A stretch of DNA of 61,359 bases, filler included, from Sphacelaria rigidula (GCA_964200075.2; 9 parts of 9 records of this genome joined end to end with filler, not necessarily neighbours in it); one strand, 5' to 3'. Positions 24,446 to 38,800 are shown, counted from the whole stretch's first letter. Notes: generated from the letters alone by a model not told the origin. Numbers and translations are program-made.

Positions 24446-26769
24446 CATGTAAACCATGACCTGAAACATCTAAACCTGACGAATCGAAAGACACACACAA
24501 AATAAAATATGTGTCTACTCGCTGTCCCCAGTGTTCATCAAGGCGCGACGGTGCCTGTTGAACAGCGTGAATGGGAGCGACTTTGTAAGGATATCAGCGT
24601 GTTGCCACTCCGAATCTACATGTACAATCCTTACTGCGCCTGTCCTAACCAAGTCCCTAATATAGTGCCATCTCACGTCGATATGCTTACTACGACTTGA
24701 GCTGAGAGGGTTGTCGGCTAGAGCCTTAGCCCCCTCGTTGTCTTCATGGAGAACGATGTCGTACTCTACTTGTCGTCCCAACACAGCCCTTGGTTGTAGG
24801 GAAGACAGTACCGACCTGACAAACATATACTCCTTCTCCCCTTCTGCCATAGCTACGTACTCGGCTTCGGTAGTTGACAGGGTAACGCAGTGTTGCGTTT
24901 GACTGGTACTTGATACTGCTATCCCCCCGTACATGACAGCTACCCCGGAAACCGATTGCCGGTCTGTATCTTTCTTCGCGTAGTCAGCGCCACAACAGAC
25001 GGTGAGCCTACTTTCCCCTGAACTAAAAGTCAGACCGTAATTTCTGGTCGTGTTGAGGTACGCCAAAACTTTCAACACCCCTCGCCAGTGTCTTTCACAT
25101 GAGTCGTGTGATTGTCGGGCCAGGTCTCGGGCTGCACTTGAATATCAAGCCTGGTTACCATAGCCAACAACAACCCTCCTACGGCACTCCTGTATGGTCT
25201 ATCTAAAACCTTGTCACCTTGCTTCACCGGTCCCAAGTCTGCAGATACTGATGCGGGAATATCAGGAAATTCCGTACTCGAAACGCTTCAGCATGGTGTC
25301 GACGAAGGTCGTCTGATTCACGTACATGTTACCTCCAACCAATTCCTCTCTATGGCACACCCCACATACCACTGAACTTCACCTAAGTTGTTCGTTGGGA
25401 ATCTGTCATTTAGGATATTACATACCCTCTCCACTCTTTGCGTTTCTCCCCCAATTAGAATGTCGTTCACATGCACAACAAGTTTGGCTCACACTTCTCC
25501 CCCATTCCTCCTGTTTGCACACACACGGGTCTGCCTTACTTTGTTGCATCCCTGCATCCTCCATCAATGTTTTGTTCAAGAGGAGGGACCATTGCCTCCC
25601 TGCTTGCTTGACCCCGTATATGGATTTCTCCAGTCTGACCGTGCTACCTGTCAAGGGGCCACACCCTTCTGGGAGCTTCATGAACACATTCGTGTCCATT
25701 TTGGCTCGTACGAAAGCCTGGTTAACGTCGAAGTGATACAGTGGCCATCCCCTCTGTACTGCCACGGCCATGGCCAATTTTATTGATGTCATGGCCGAGG
25801 TGGCTGCAAACGTCTCAAAATAATCCACCGCGTATCTCTGACCAAACCCTAGCGCCACTAATCTAGCCTTCGCTTTAGGTATTGCACCATTAGTAGCGTC
25901 GGTTTTCCAAGTGAACACCCATTTGGCTGTGATTATGTTTACTCTTTTTGGAATTTCTCCTTCTGAGAATGTACCTGCGGTTTCATGTCCATTCAGTTCT
26001 GTACGCATGGCACTCAATCGTATTTCCTTGTATTCCGACTTTTCTATGTCTTCTACTGTTACGGGGGGAGTTTTCACATCTCTCACGTGCAGACCGATGG
26101 GGGAACGCGAACCAAAACTGGGCTCCGCCTCTGTCCCGTCTTCTGCCGAAAAACAAAAATACTCCTGCTTCGCAATAGTCTCCTCGATCAGCATGGTCGC
26201 GCTGCCTCCCACCTCTGGTCCGGCTGCTGCAGTGATCAGCTCCGTCACCCCGCACTTGTCCTCCGCCATTCCATACCGTACAGTTTCAGCTTGAGCCCTC
26301 GCCTGGACCCTCGCCATCGCGCGGGAGAATTTTTCGTTTCTTTCCTACGCCAGCGTTGTCTCCAGTTCCTCTGCCGCCGATGCCAGCTCGTTCCGGTCGG
26401 CTGCCGCTCTCGTCGCACTGCGCGTGCGACCTGCCATTTGTGGAGTCAGAGACAACTCATCGTCGAGTGCAAGACGGCGTAGCTCCGTCCTTGGGATTTC
26501 GGGAGCTCCCCCCCCCCCCCCCCCCCCTTCGCCCCGGGGGGGGCTAGCGGTGCCGGGGCGGTCGCTGCCGGCTGGTCCGGCGGAGGGGTTGCTTTGNNNN
26601 NNNNNNGGGGCAGGGACAACCCCTCGGCGGGGGCCACGCGGGCGAGCCCCCGCCCTGGGGTTTTGGGGGGCCCCCCCCCCCCCCCCGTCGTTGCGCTCAG
26701 GGGTGTCTACGGTTGTCGGTGTCGTTGCTGTCGGCGTTGTCGGCGGCGTGGTTTCTGTCGGCGTTTGCG

Positions 26770-26905
26770 GCGGTGATGTTGCTGTTGGCGGCGATGTTGC
26801 TGTTGGCGGCGATGTAGCTGTCGGCGGCGATGTAGCTGTCGGCGGTGGTGTTGCTGTTGGCGGCGACGTGACTGTTGGCGGCGACGTAGCTGTCGGCGGC
26901 GATGT
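26770..26905. repeat. 18-bp tandem repeat encoding (TATSPP)n on the copia strand
   Basis: About 7 units of ggcggcgatgt.gctgt. Confidence 0.9.
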
Positions 26906-28204
26906 GGGGGGCGCTGATCCCCCGTCATCAATGAGATTACGGACAGGGTTGCGTAAAATCCCGCGCCCCCTCCCGCTTCTGCAAGGAAGAGGCATGATTA
27001 TCTCACCCCCCCGCCAATAGCGGGGGTCTGTTGTGCCGCTTCTGCGTCCAGCTCGGGGTTGGGGACCAAGAACGACACGTGCCGTAAACCGCGGAGTGAA
27101 GCACGCGTCGCCGGAGTTTGCCGTTCCGCGTACTCGCTGCCGGCCGCCCCTCCCTCGATCTTGTCATCCCTCGCTCCGTCGGGCGTCGGGATCGCTTGCT
27201 GAGATGCAGGGAGAGGNNNNNNNNNNNNNNNNNNNNNNNNNNNNNNNNNNNNNNNNNNNNTTAATTAATTAANNNNNNNNNNNNNNNNNNNNNNNNNNNN
27301 NNNNNNNNNNNNNNNNGGGAAAGCACTGTATTAGGTTTGAGCCTCATCTCGAAGTTAAACCTCAATTCTCACAATTTGTTGTTACATGGAGTATTGGGAA
27401 TCTAACCATCGTTCTCCCCACCCTTATAATGGTGACAGCCCGATCGACCATTACACCCCCGGGGCGCTGCGGCAAAACAACGGTCCAAGAGCCGAACATC
27501 CATTTCGAGAACATGTAGGGGGCTTGGTGAGCTTTTTGCACACCGAAAGCTCGAGCCATATGGCGTATGCTATTTCGCGGGATGCGATCTCAACATCCTG
27601 AACGGCTCGCCCTCAGGGCCAGGTCCGCGGGTCTGAACAAGAAGGCTGGTGAGATTTACATACTGTAAAACGTAGGTTCCCTTTGCGTCGCCAGACGAGA
27701 CTCCCGTAACTGTTCGCTTCATGCAATGATTTGCCATCCAAGGTCTCTGCATATTTTGGTCTTGACTATTCCGCTGGAAAAATATGACACACCCAACGAG
27801 ATTTTGTCCCGGAGACTATGTGTCTTGTACTGTACAGTACCACTGTAGTGTACTGTAACGAAAATGCGATACTCGACTACGGGTCTGATACCCAGGACTG
27901 GGATACAGGCAAATGTACAAAGGTGCAGCAGCTGGACGTTTTTCCGTGGTTGCCGACGACAATCATTGCACTTGCACCAACACCTATCTTACCCATGAAA
28001 AGTAGATACAGCGGGAAGAAGGTGCATGTGACTTGAACCGAAAATCCACTTGTTGGCACCAGCGTAGACGTCAAAACTATCGAGAAGGAGGAACAAGCTC
28101 GGCCGACCCAAGAAACTACAGACAGTGGACTACAGGAACAAAGCCAGTCCAACGAAGTTGCTGACTGATCTAAACAGCTGTTCCATCCAAGAACAAACGA
28201 AATT

Positions 28205-30468
28205 ATGAAGAACAAGCGGGCGCAACGCCACGCCGGCAGCAACCGCAGAGGGCGCGATGGGGCAATCTCTTCCCCAGGCGGCATAGGTGGTGCTGGTCGG
28301 AAGCGCAGAGGAGGCGGAGGCGGTGGCGGTAGCAACGGCGGATGGCATTCGGGTGGTCACGGGCGACAAGGCTTTGGCCCGTCGTCGCCGTTGTCAGCCG
28401 GGCGTAAACGCCACAAGGTTGCCCGTCAAGGCGGGGGCGTTGGCGGCTGGGTAGCGGGAGAGAGTACTTTCAAGCATACTAATGCCGACAGAAACAAAAC
28501 CTCCTACAAGGATGACGATGCTATGCAAAGGAATGGGTCCGCTCTGGAGGCTGGTGGAGGTGATTTTGGTGGAGGTGGTGGTGCCATCCATCATGTCAAC
28601 TCGATGCGGCAGCGGCAGCAACGACGCTACAGCGTTGGTGACCAGCGTGCTGAGCTGCAAGCCAGCGCAAATGCCAACAACGAAGCCGGGGTAGTTGCGG
28701 GCCTATCAGCGCAGAAGCCGAATCGGCATGTGGATGCGGAGGGGGCTACGGACAACGGCCTTGTGCTTGGTGCGCGCGAGTCTCTGGCGTTGGCGTTTAA
28801 CGCAGCGCAGCAACCGCGGCGTAGACGTATCGACTTCCACTCACCGAGAAGGCCGCAGTCAGCTGGTGCCGCACCCACGGCCACCCCGTTGGCAAGAAGT
28901 GCACTGGGTGGAGCCAACAAGGCGGTGAACCCCATTCAAGCGGGGGCGGGAAAAGCAGGCGGTAAGGATCGAGAAGGCCAGAAGGAGAGTGGATTAGAGA
29001 GGTGCAACAGGCTTGCCGAGAAGGCGATCGGACTGCCCCACGCTGAGAAGGTGAGAGCTGGTCCGCGAGTTATTATTATTATTATATCCGTAACATGAGT
29101 ATGGGGGAAATATGTACTGGCATGATACAACAGTCACCACCTGTAGTACTTCGGTTCTGTACTGTACTCCTCTGCACTGTTGTTATGCTGGACTGGACTG
29201 GACTGTATGCACAAAATATGGTACAGACGCTGATCATAACGCGGATCACCTTCTATACTCTTCGTGTAGTTCGTCGTTCGCACTCCCTCTATTACTGTAC
29301 TAATCTGTGGACGTGCTGGATCGGAGACCGCGTGTGGTGGAAACAAAGTAGACGTGCGTGTGGAATGTCGCGGGTTCGTGTGTGGATGAAAAGCGCCTTG
29401 ACCACTTGCGTTGCAGTCCATATGGACTACACTATAAGAATTGTAGACGAGCCATAACCATCATGATCACCGATGCACTTTTGTGCCGTAGGATGTATTG
29501 TGTTTTTGGACATCGACATTGAAGGAGGTCTGCTGAAAAATATCTAGCCTGACGCACGACGTATATTGGTTGCCCTTACTTCGACCGATCTAGCGGGTAC
29601 CGGCGAGGTGGGAAAAAAGAAACGTTGAACATCGTTGCTGAAAATTTCAGATTATGACCAAAACGTAGACTGTTGCACAAAGCTAAAACACGCAACATGC
29701 AAACACACACAAAATGCAGTTCCATTGAACACAACGAAATTTTACGGCACGGTGTATACCGTACAACGGCGGAAGCAAACCAGCTGGGCGCATCATGGTG
29801 GCAAGCATTTGTCTGGCAACCTTGCTTCCCGGTAACTCTTGGTCGATCAGTAACTCGTCTTGCGCCCAAGTCTTTCTGTTCCGAGAATCCGGCCGAACAA
29901 TCCCGCGGGTATTTCGAATATGGCAATCGTATGCGGTAATGACCCTCCCATGGCCTCTCCGTGCTGAGCTCTAATACTCGAACAGGGATCCGAACGTCAT
30001 TCATCAAATGCGAGTGTAGCGTCAATGCCCATGGCTGAGCGGACAGGTTGGATTTTTCGTGGCGTCTCCACGTGTCGTCCAGCGTGGCACTCGCAGCTGC
30101 AGCCGCCAAACGTTACGTCGAAACAACGGCTCATGAAACCTCGGTACATGCCGTAAAGCATGCGTTGGTGGCATGATTCCTGCTGATCGTGGTCTCCACC
30201 CGCCCAATGTAGTTGTTCTATACTTCACGGGTTTGTCCTTATCCAAAAAAAAACAAAACAACCAAGAAACACACACACGTACACAACCAACCAGCCATCC
30301 CAACCCTTCCTCCTCTGGATGATGCGACATCACGCGGTAAGATATGCATACGTTGTACTGTAGACCCTGAAGTATCGTCTTCGACACAGGCCTAGCCAAA
30401 TGCCCCCGTGTTCCCATGTAGGCGTCGTATCTTTGATCAGAACAACTATTCCGACCGTCTCCCCCCCC

Positions 30469-30499
<31 letters not shown>

Positions 30500-33336
30500 T
30501 ACATTTATTCTCACCATTAAACAGGCCACCGGCACGATTGCGCGCTACAAGGTTAAAAGGGAGTTGGCAAAAAGAGGAAGACATATCGACGACCATGATT
30601 CCTGAATCAGGTTCCTGTACCAAAATGCTTGAAAAGTCGGGGAGAACCTTTTTTTTTTCTCCCAGGCTTGGAAAAAACAGTTCGACCGCGAGTCGGACAA
30701 GTCCCGGTCCGGATATCGAGCTACATACATCGCGTAGCCTGTCCGTAGTGCTGCCGGGATGGAAGCTTGGAACAGATCTTGATAATTCGCTTGTATATCC
30801 CAGGGTTGCTCTTGACGGTTGGGCTGCGAGCTTCACCTCGGAGTATTTTCACCGGCTTATATATGGTCCAGGGACATCCAGGAGTTTCCAGCGTGCAGGA
30901 GGGGGATGCACCTGTTCTGAAAAGCTCGTGAAGGCAACCGTGCGTATTTGGAAGTCTCGAGAGGTAGACTGAGCGAGGAAGAAGTTAGAAAGGAGAGAAG
31001 CGACCGTTCCGATTGTTGTGGTTGGTCATTTTGTTCCCCAACATACGACCCACTTCGAAGTCGAGGCGTGTTTGACCATTTGGGTAACGACCTCTTCACC
31101 TACCGTGATAAAAAAGCACGGGCCAAGCACCCTCTTTCTTCTGCTGTGCTCGTAGTCGTTTCCGCCTGCCTGCCTGCCCTCTCTCGTGCTGTTAACTAGG
31201 TTTGATACTGTTTGTAGTTCTGCTGTGGAGCACTTGAGCAGAGATGGCACCAGGGTGTGGTAATGCAGCTTTGATAGAAGGCGATGACACGCTGGCTGTT
31301 TCGTAAACGCTGCACTCAATCGCCGAATGAAAATATTCGCGTGTACGGTAAAGCAGTAGCGGTAGCAGCAGCAGCAGCAGTACTACAGGTAGGTTGTAGG
31401 AGAAATTTAGATGACGTGACGTGTGCAAGATCAAAACGCTCCAAGTCGACCGCCAGCTATGCCTCAAAAGTCCCAGGACTGCTGCGAAGGAAATAGATAG
31501 GACAAGAGAATATATGTTATTAGCATATATCTCAGCAGCAACGGCTGTCTGTCAGCGTGCGCCACTTGCATAGCGTGAAAGCATATACCCCGACGAAAAT
31601 AGTTCAGCAGAGACATATATCCACATGTAGCTCGGAACCAGCTCATCATACAGTTGCCGTTTTGCATGCTGGCGGGTAACATGGAATAAGCGATGTTGAG
31701 TTTGAGTTTCCAGTGGCTATTCCCCCACCCCCCCCCCTACCTCATGGTTGAGAGCGTTTTATCGAACAGTTTTTTGTAGATGGAGAAGCGATCCGAGGGC
31801 GTATCTTGTCATTCGAAAAGAAGTGGTGGTGAACTTGATTGGAGGGAAATTTGTGAAGCGGCACACTGTCGCTTGTGCTCATTACAGACAGCCTGTACTG
31901 TTTGCATGCAGCGTGTCTCGAGCGTGTGTGTGCGTGCCTTGTACAGTAGGATGTGACAGAGCGCAGGACTATCTGACCTCTCTCCGTGCACTGCGAGGTG
32001 AAGAGGACTTGGACAACGTTCAGCTTTGTACTGCCTGCACTGTCCGGGAGCGTGTACGCATGTCGGCTGCTCATCATCCCACCACGCAGTTCCGTCCCTG
32101 ATCCCGACCATGAAAGATGATGCTCAAGTTCTCGCCAACGAAAAAGAAACAGAGCTACCGAACGACTACAGTGTATCTTCCCCTGTGCTCAACTCGTGCT
32201 CTATGCTGTAGGGTTGCGGTGGTAGCTGAGAGTGAGTAGTGTGAATTTTGCATGGTTCTGTGAGCGGATGGTCTCTGGCGCGGTGGTATGCAAGACAGGA
32301 GTCAAGTGCCCCTTCTTGCCTTTCGACCGCATGTTTTCGATCGAGAAGGCCCAGCTTTGTTGTCTTTTACTTCTTCTCCGCGCGCCACTTATTATAAGAA
32401 GCAGCTGAAGCCGACTAGGAACAGAAGTGCGGTGGACCTTATTAGGTCGGAAACTTTGTTGCCCACCGCACTTTTTCGATCGGAAAAAGATTCGCCGATA
32501 CACGCCCTGAGCATACATGCCGCAACACCGATCTAAGATCTCTATTGAAAATGGAGCCTTCATTACTATTTTCTGTCATGATTTTTTTATTCTTCATTTC
32601 CACTGCTTTCATTGTTTTGGTCCTTGCCGTTGTTACCCTCATGACATATACTGTACCCGTCATACATACCCTGAATGCTGAATAGTCATGTTGTAGCCAC
32701 GAATGGATGCGCAACAGATGAGTTGGTTGTGAAGTTTGGCTAATCGATCTATCCAAGCCAATCTCCTGAATTCGATTCATGGAGGCCCGTTGCATATTTC
32801 GTCGATGTTGGTGGTTCCTTCTTGATTACCTGATCCAGTTGTCGGGCTATTTCCTTTTTTTTTTTTGCTTTCTTCTTTGCCTTCTTTTGTCTAGATCGGT
32901 CATCTTGTTTGTGCTTTGCTTTTGTTGACTTTTTAATTTCATTTTTAACGTGTTATTCGACTACGTCGGTCTGTTCGACTTTTTCCCTGTTCCTTTGTCT
33001 TTCTCCAGCGTGTGTTTCAGTCTTGTCTTGTCTTGGGTACGTCCATCATGTGATCACGGCTAGACCCCTGGGGGGTCAGTTGAAGTGCGACAATCAGTCA
33101 GTCATCAAAAGCTATATATGTATAGTCTTCAAGAGAAGAAAAACTCGTGATGCCCCACCGCGCAGGGTCTGTTCCCAGAATCATCGGTGAAGGCTTCGCT
33201 AACATGGAAGGCGGTGACGCGTGTGGGACCCGGACTCCACAACCTCGGGAACACATGCTTCCTCAATGCCACACTGCAATGCCTGAGCTATCTGCCCCCC
33301 CTGGCTCAGCACCTGCTTGACACCAGCTACTCTCCG
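28205..33336 (+). CDS. Ubiquitin carboxyl-terminal hydrolase, USP36/USP42-like; exons 1-2 of a partial gene
   Basis: Exon 28205-29050 (basic, Gly-rich disordered N-terminus, ...GLPHAEK|gtgaga) and exon 33166-33336 (cgcag|GLFPESSVKASLTWKAVTRVGPGLHNLGNTCFLNATLQCLSYLPPLAQHLL...|gtgagg) are both phase 0. The Cys box GLxNLGNTCFxN is preceded by the LFP...W...VG motif typical of USP36/42. Confidence 0.85.
31840..32530 (+). repeat. Intronic dispersed repeat, relative of 4290-4985
   Basis: Colinear similarity; see the first copy. Confidence 0.75.
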
Positions 33337-33917
33337 GTGAGGAAGTCAGGAGGAATCTGTACAGTCTCGTCGGCGTTTTTTGAGCGAAACAGTGACTGCT
33401 TGTGACCAGTCAAAGCGACGGTGACGCTGCGGCTGACCAGCTGTTCCCCCCTGTTTACATGCACCCATGTAGAGGACATCAACCGTGGTCCTCAGCTCCT
33501 GACGCATGTGTAGTGTTGGGCGACAGTAGCTGTTTTTTCGCTTCTTTTTTTCTCCCTCAGTGCTGCATTCAGGTTATGTTCTCTCTGTGGCGTGGGTAAT
33601 GCTCAAGGGGTTGAAATGTGAACCTGATGCTTACATACCCCAGAGAGGATGGACGTACGTGGGCAATTAATTCGTGAAGGGGTTGGAAGTTCAAAGCCCC
33701 TGGTTTTGTTCGCAAAAACAAAATGCTGTGTAGTTGTTGTGTCCGATGAATTCAAATGGAAGTCTTGGAATCGCGTTGTCGACCAGTGCGATCAGCAAAA
33801 CTGTTGGAGCAAGCAATCAAGGAAGGAGAACGCCAGATTGCGATCGAGTGGCAAGTCTCCGATTCAAGTAATATAAATGAATCGGCTGAAACGTGTGGCC
33901 GCTGTCGCATGGCCTCA

Positions 33918-34045
33918 GGTCAGACGATCATCTGTTTATATGGATTAAGTGCTAGTCCAGTGCTTGATACAACAGTCAGGGTGAGGACAGTTTTATCAAG
34001 CACTGGACTAGCACTTAATCCATATAAACAGATGATCGTCTGACC
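33918..34045. repeat. Perfect 52-bp inverted repeat with 24-nt spacer (MITE or hairpin RNA)
   Basis: 33918-33969 is the exact reverse complement of 33994-34045. Confidence 0.9.
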
Positions 34046-34929
34046 NNNNNNNNNNNNNNNNNNNNNNNNNNNNNNNNNNNNNNNNNNNNTTAATTAATTA
34101 ANNNNNNNNNNNNNNNNNNNNNNNNNNNNNNNNNNNNNNNNNNNNCCCATTTGTTGCTTGCCTTAGTCATTTGACCATTGACCACGCATCCCTTTCGAGA
34201 CGGAGCGGGGGGGGGGGGGGACAGATGCGTCTACTTTGATTTTTGCCCCGAAAGTTTCTGATTTCCCTCGTCAAAAGCGTGTGGAGCGAAAATGGTTTGT
34301 TCAGCTGAGTTTGTTGGACGGCAATCAACGCGTTGCGGGGATGTTGATCATGATCCAATCCGAGAAACCAAAATGTAAGGTGTGTATCGGGGGGGAGAGG
34401 TGGGGTGATCTCATGAGACTCACGTAATCGTCCCAAGGCATGGGAGGAGTTAGAAGTGCAAACAAGAGAATGAATACATGAATAAATCTAACACTGAATA
34501 AAGATCACATTCTGCCGACTGCTGGTGAACCGACATGTATACAACTGCCAAGATTAGAGATTCAACCGAACTATACGGTACTGCCGACTCCTATATATTG
34601 AGTCGGGAACATGCCGTGCAATAAATCAGCAGTGTCTCGTACGGTGTGATACAACAGCAAAATCCTGTATCTTTATCTCTCCCTTACACCTGCTTTTCTG
34701 CTGTTTTCACTCATACAATGTCTTACCTGCTGTGAACGCGTACGTGGTATAGTGTCAGCAGGTGAAGGGTGTTCGACAGGCCTTTTGCGGAAATATTTCC
34801 TTTCTGGGCAATGCTACGGTAGGGGTGCACTTTCTGCGCGAAATCGTTTCTGCTTCAGGGGCTCCCGAAGGTTCTAGATGCACAAGAATATGGGTCAGGG
34901 AACTCGCGTTTGCAAATTTATTGGGATCG

Positions 34930-35215
34930 CCGTCGTAGTAAAGACTTTCGGAAAATGTTTTTTTTTGTCATTTCAGAGTGCAAATATCTCAGGATCAGAG
35001 TGCGGAATAAAAGAAACACCTCATCGACAAAGCGTTAGAGGGATACCACATTTGGCGGAGGGGAAAATTGTTTTTCGTTACACTCTGATCCTGAGATATT
35101 TGCACTCTGAAATGACAAGAAAAGCGTTTTCCGAAACTCTCTATTATGCGCAATATCTCGTCGAACATCCCAATGTTCTCAGGATTTTCCCGAGTAGTCA
35201 GTTTTGATTTTTCGA
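34930..35215. repeat. Repeat with internal inverted arms; relative at 47890-48060
   Basis: tgtcatttcagagtgcaaatatctcaggatcagagtg (~34966) is inverted at ~35081-35117. ggataccacattt...ttttccgaaactctc is shared with 47897-47996. Confidence 0.65.
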
Positions 35216-35829
35216 TGGATTGTCACACATTAACGGTTCATTATCCACAAGATGAACCCAGTCGTAGTCATTATCCACTAGACGTACCCAAGGTAAACAA
35301 AACGGAAACGCTGGCGAAAAGAAGAAAAAAAAAACAAGAGCGGGGAAAACTGAAGAGATACAACGCGCAGAGTCAGCTAAGGAGCAAAACAGAAACGAAA
35401 AGAGGGGAGAAAAAAAACATAAACGAGAAAAATATGCACAAGAAGGGGGAGGAGAGGAAGGGAAAGGAGGAGAACTAGAATAGGAGCGTGAAAAAAGGGA
35501 GGCCGCCGAAAAAGAAAACCCAAGCAACTACCTGTAAACAAAGTAAACAAAACGAAAAGGTTGTCGCGGTAGATTGCGGACCAACTTTGTCGGATCATAC
35601 TGCCCAGGCATGGGCTCTCGCCCGTGAGCGCTGCGGAACCAGGTCGTCGAGTGTTTACAGCATACCACTGAGAGGAAAGGCACAGCGAGAGATAGAGGGA
35701 GATCAAGCGAGAGTAGATAGGGCAGAGAGGAAGAAGAGTACACAAGCAAGGAAACCCAAGGGCGAAGTAGAGCATATGCGGGGGCACAACCGGAACTGTC
35801 GTGTGGATTATGTTTCTCCTTGACACTAC

Positions 35830-38800
35830 CTGCATGAGCAGGTCGGTGCGCTCGTGGAAGGTCGTCGAGCCATTTCTTGCCACCATTGCCAATATCCTCA
35901 CGGCAGTTCCGAGGTGCCCGATGTCCAGCACTTCAGGAACACCGTTTTCGTCTGTGTCTGGAGTAGAGGTGGACGGAACCCCCTGCTCGTGTATGGTCGA
36001 ACGGGAAATTTCAGCATCCGCGCGCAAGGCATAGGCGCGATACGGTTGAGCAGACATCATCGTTGATAGTCATCTAGCACGCCACCGTATATCGCGTGGT
36101 CGCCCTCCTACCATGTGTGGTAAGATCAGGCTATCCCGGATACATTAGCTTATTCACTCACGTCCAGCTCGGGAACGCAGTTCAGCAAGTGCTCGAGATG
36201 TACTAGTCGATACTCAGAACCCGCGTAACAATCTCCGTTCAACATGAGGGCATTGATGTGTGTGTGTGTTTTTTCCCGGAGAAATTTCAATCTAGCGCAG
36301 CCAAAGCGGCAGTTCTCTCGAGTCCGCCCTCACCCCGCCCTCCCCCCCCGCCAGAGGATTCCGCGGGTCACTGCCGGCGCGGGGGTCCCAGAGGGTGGTT
36401 TGTCAGCAATAAGCGCCATGTTCCTGGTCCAAAGCTGTCCATCTACCAAGACCGTTGAAACGACGTGTTCAGCGCAAAAGCACACATTATTATAAATTAC
36501 AAAAGCAACACACCACTGTATTTTCTCTGTTTGCCCAACTGTACGTTGTTTCACTTTGCGAGTCCATCTCAACCGAATGTTTGGAGATTAAGAGTATAAT
36601 AAGGAGTTTGAACCAGAGCTAAAGACTCCAGAAATTTCACCCCCAACCGATCATCATTACTCCATCACTCTCTCACACATGTCCTGCGTCCCCTTCCAGG
36701 AAAGATACGACGAACGGAAATGTTGAAGCAGGGTCATCCTAATCTCCACATGCGTAAACGCAACAAAAATATCTTGCTGATCTCACAGCGGAAAAAAAAA
36801 AAAAAAGCTCAACAAAAATCGCTTGGACTCACGCCGAGAAACGTCCCCGTCGAGTTATCTGCCTTTCGCAGTGTACAATTGACGTCAGAAGATTTTTCAG
36901 CGATGAAGCCACCGAAAATTCGTCGCCACGACGAGGTAAGTACTTCTTCGACCTTTCCATGGTGGGGTGGGGTCATCTGAAACGTGCAAGGCTTAGGCCC
37001 GTTATTATCGACACCGGTTTTGTCACACTTTTTCGGAATCTTCGGACTCTGCATTCAGACCGCTCCGAAAACGAAGCGGCTTGATTTTCTCTCCGAAGCT
37101 TCGTTTTAGGAGCCGTTTGGCTGAATCGGACTGCGACGCAGCAGTACGGCGAGCTGCCCTCTGTGTACGCCCTGGCGCGCGCGAGCACTCGAGTGCCATC
37201 AGGTACCTTTCTAGCCCCGAAATTGTTCGGATCTCTTCGAGAAAACAGTGTGTAATGGGCCTTGCAGCTCTGATTTTCCAAGCGCATCGGGCACCCATGC
37301 CGATCCGAGAGACGTTCACCGTTGTGCCAACCCTTTCACACTCGGAGCGACCCATACAACCGCTGACATGAAATCTCGTTAGACAGAGACCCATTTGATA
37401 TTGGCCTACCATCTCCATAGCGACCCAAACACGCTCATCGCGAAGAAATTTGATTGTAAATGAGCAAAAATGAGACGCGGTGTGCACATGCCTGCGAGCG
37501 AGTTCCGCCGGCGCCCCTGCTTCCTGTCTCAGAACGACTGTTCAGCGACCGCCTGCGCGCCAGAAGATCTCGGTGCAGATTGGGCGGGAATGCAGTCGGT
37601 GCGACATCGATGAGCACATACGCGTATCGAAGCGTTCGGAATATTTGTTGGTAGCCGTTCAGCGGCGGGCGGCGGGTGTGGATATCATATTCATGTCCCC
37701 GGATTTCGATCACGTTTTCGTTGGACTCTGACCCTACGACATGTCCGGCGCCTCGCTTCTATCCCCATCTCTTGACAACGTTTACCCCGGGGTGAACAGG
37801 GCGCGGAGTGTTTAGACTTGTCAGGGTGCCAGCCGTGGGATGAACCGCAGTCACGCTGCCGACAGAGCGTGGTCATGGATCCACCTCAAGTGCTCGATCA
37901 ACACACGAATCCCTAACCAAGTTTTCTCACCGGGTACTGCAATCGCTGCTAGAATTTTTGGGTCTCTGTGTCGCGGAGCTGGCAATCCCAGCCGACAATT
38001 TTCCCGCGTCGTCATCACTGTCCGGCTGGGCCATGCACTATCGGTCGTCGTTTGTGCAAGTTGGAATCATGGAGTTTTCACAAGCACACGAGTTTGAGAA
38101 ACAGGTATTTCATCAGCGACGATTTATTGAATCACCAGGTGTGGGGTCATGTGCTGGCAAATAGCTAGCTGACAACGCCGGGTCCACGATGACTCACAGC
38201 AGCCGCAAGTAACAGACAATGTGGCTTTACCTTTTCTTCTACATCGTACAGAAGGTCGAGGGCAGAGCGGAGGTAGTCAAGGCCGGCATGATGAGCTCCC
38301 CTTTCGGTCATCCACTCTCCCATCTCCAGCAAGCAATCCACGCGTTCAAATCTGCGTCAGAATCCCGCCGTTTGTAATCGTGCCAAACATTATTTTTCAA
38401 ATGTCTCACCACTACAAGTAAGGAATGAGTCATGGTAGAGAGCTGGGATCGGGGTGAACCATGGGCCCGAAGAGCGTCGGTCGTGTCGTGTCTGTGTTTC
38501 CGGAATACAGATCAATCCCCATGCAGATACACGCTGCCCTCCCATCAAGTGTTAGGTGTTGAATTCCACTTTCACCCGCTATCGGCATTTACAAACCCCT
38601 CGCACCTGTTCCCTCATTAAATGGCCTACCTGTCACCGAGACTTTCCAGCGCTTTCAGGTATGCTGACAACTGCTGCTTGGGGTCGCTCGAGGTTCTGCG
38701 CGAGATGTGCGATGTAACAGAATTGAGCATTGAAGTCCCTGTAAGCTTCTCCGTGTCGGCCATCACTCCAGAATTTCCCTCGCAGGCGAAGATCGGACAC

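Larger units (their letters stand above)
23982..27216 (-). mobile_element. Decayed Ty1/copia LTR retrotransposon (RT + RNase H, 5' part cut by contig end)
   Basis: RT motifs KWVFTWKT, KAKARLVALGFGQ, YHFDVNQAF, LEKSIYGVKQAGRQW (26317-25418), then a frameshifted VVHVNDIL at the YVDD position. RNase H motifs ADYA...RQSVSG, STTEAEY, EDNEGA, SRSKHIDVRWHYIRD, QHADILTK (25078-24515). Confidence 0.93.

Noticed and set aside
30330..30972. Overlapping 168-190 aa ORFs in the USP intron
   Set aside because: No recognisable motifs, and they span a TA microsatellite and a T-run.
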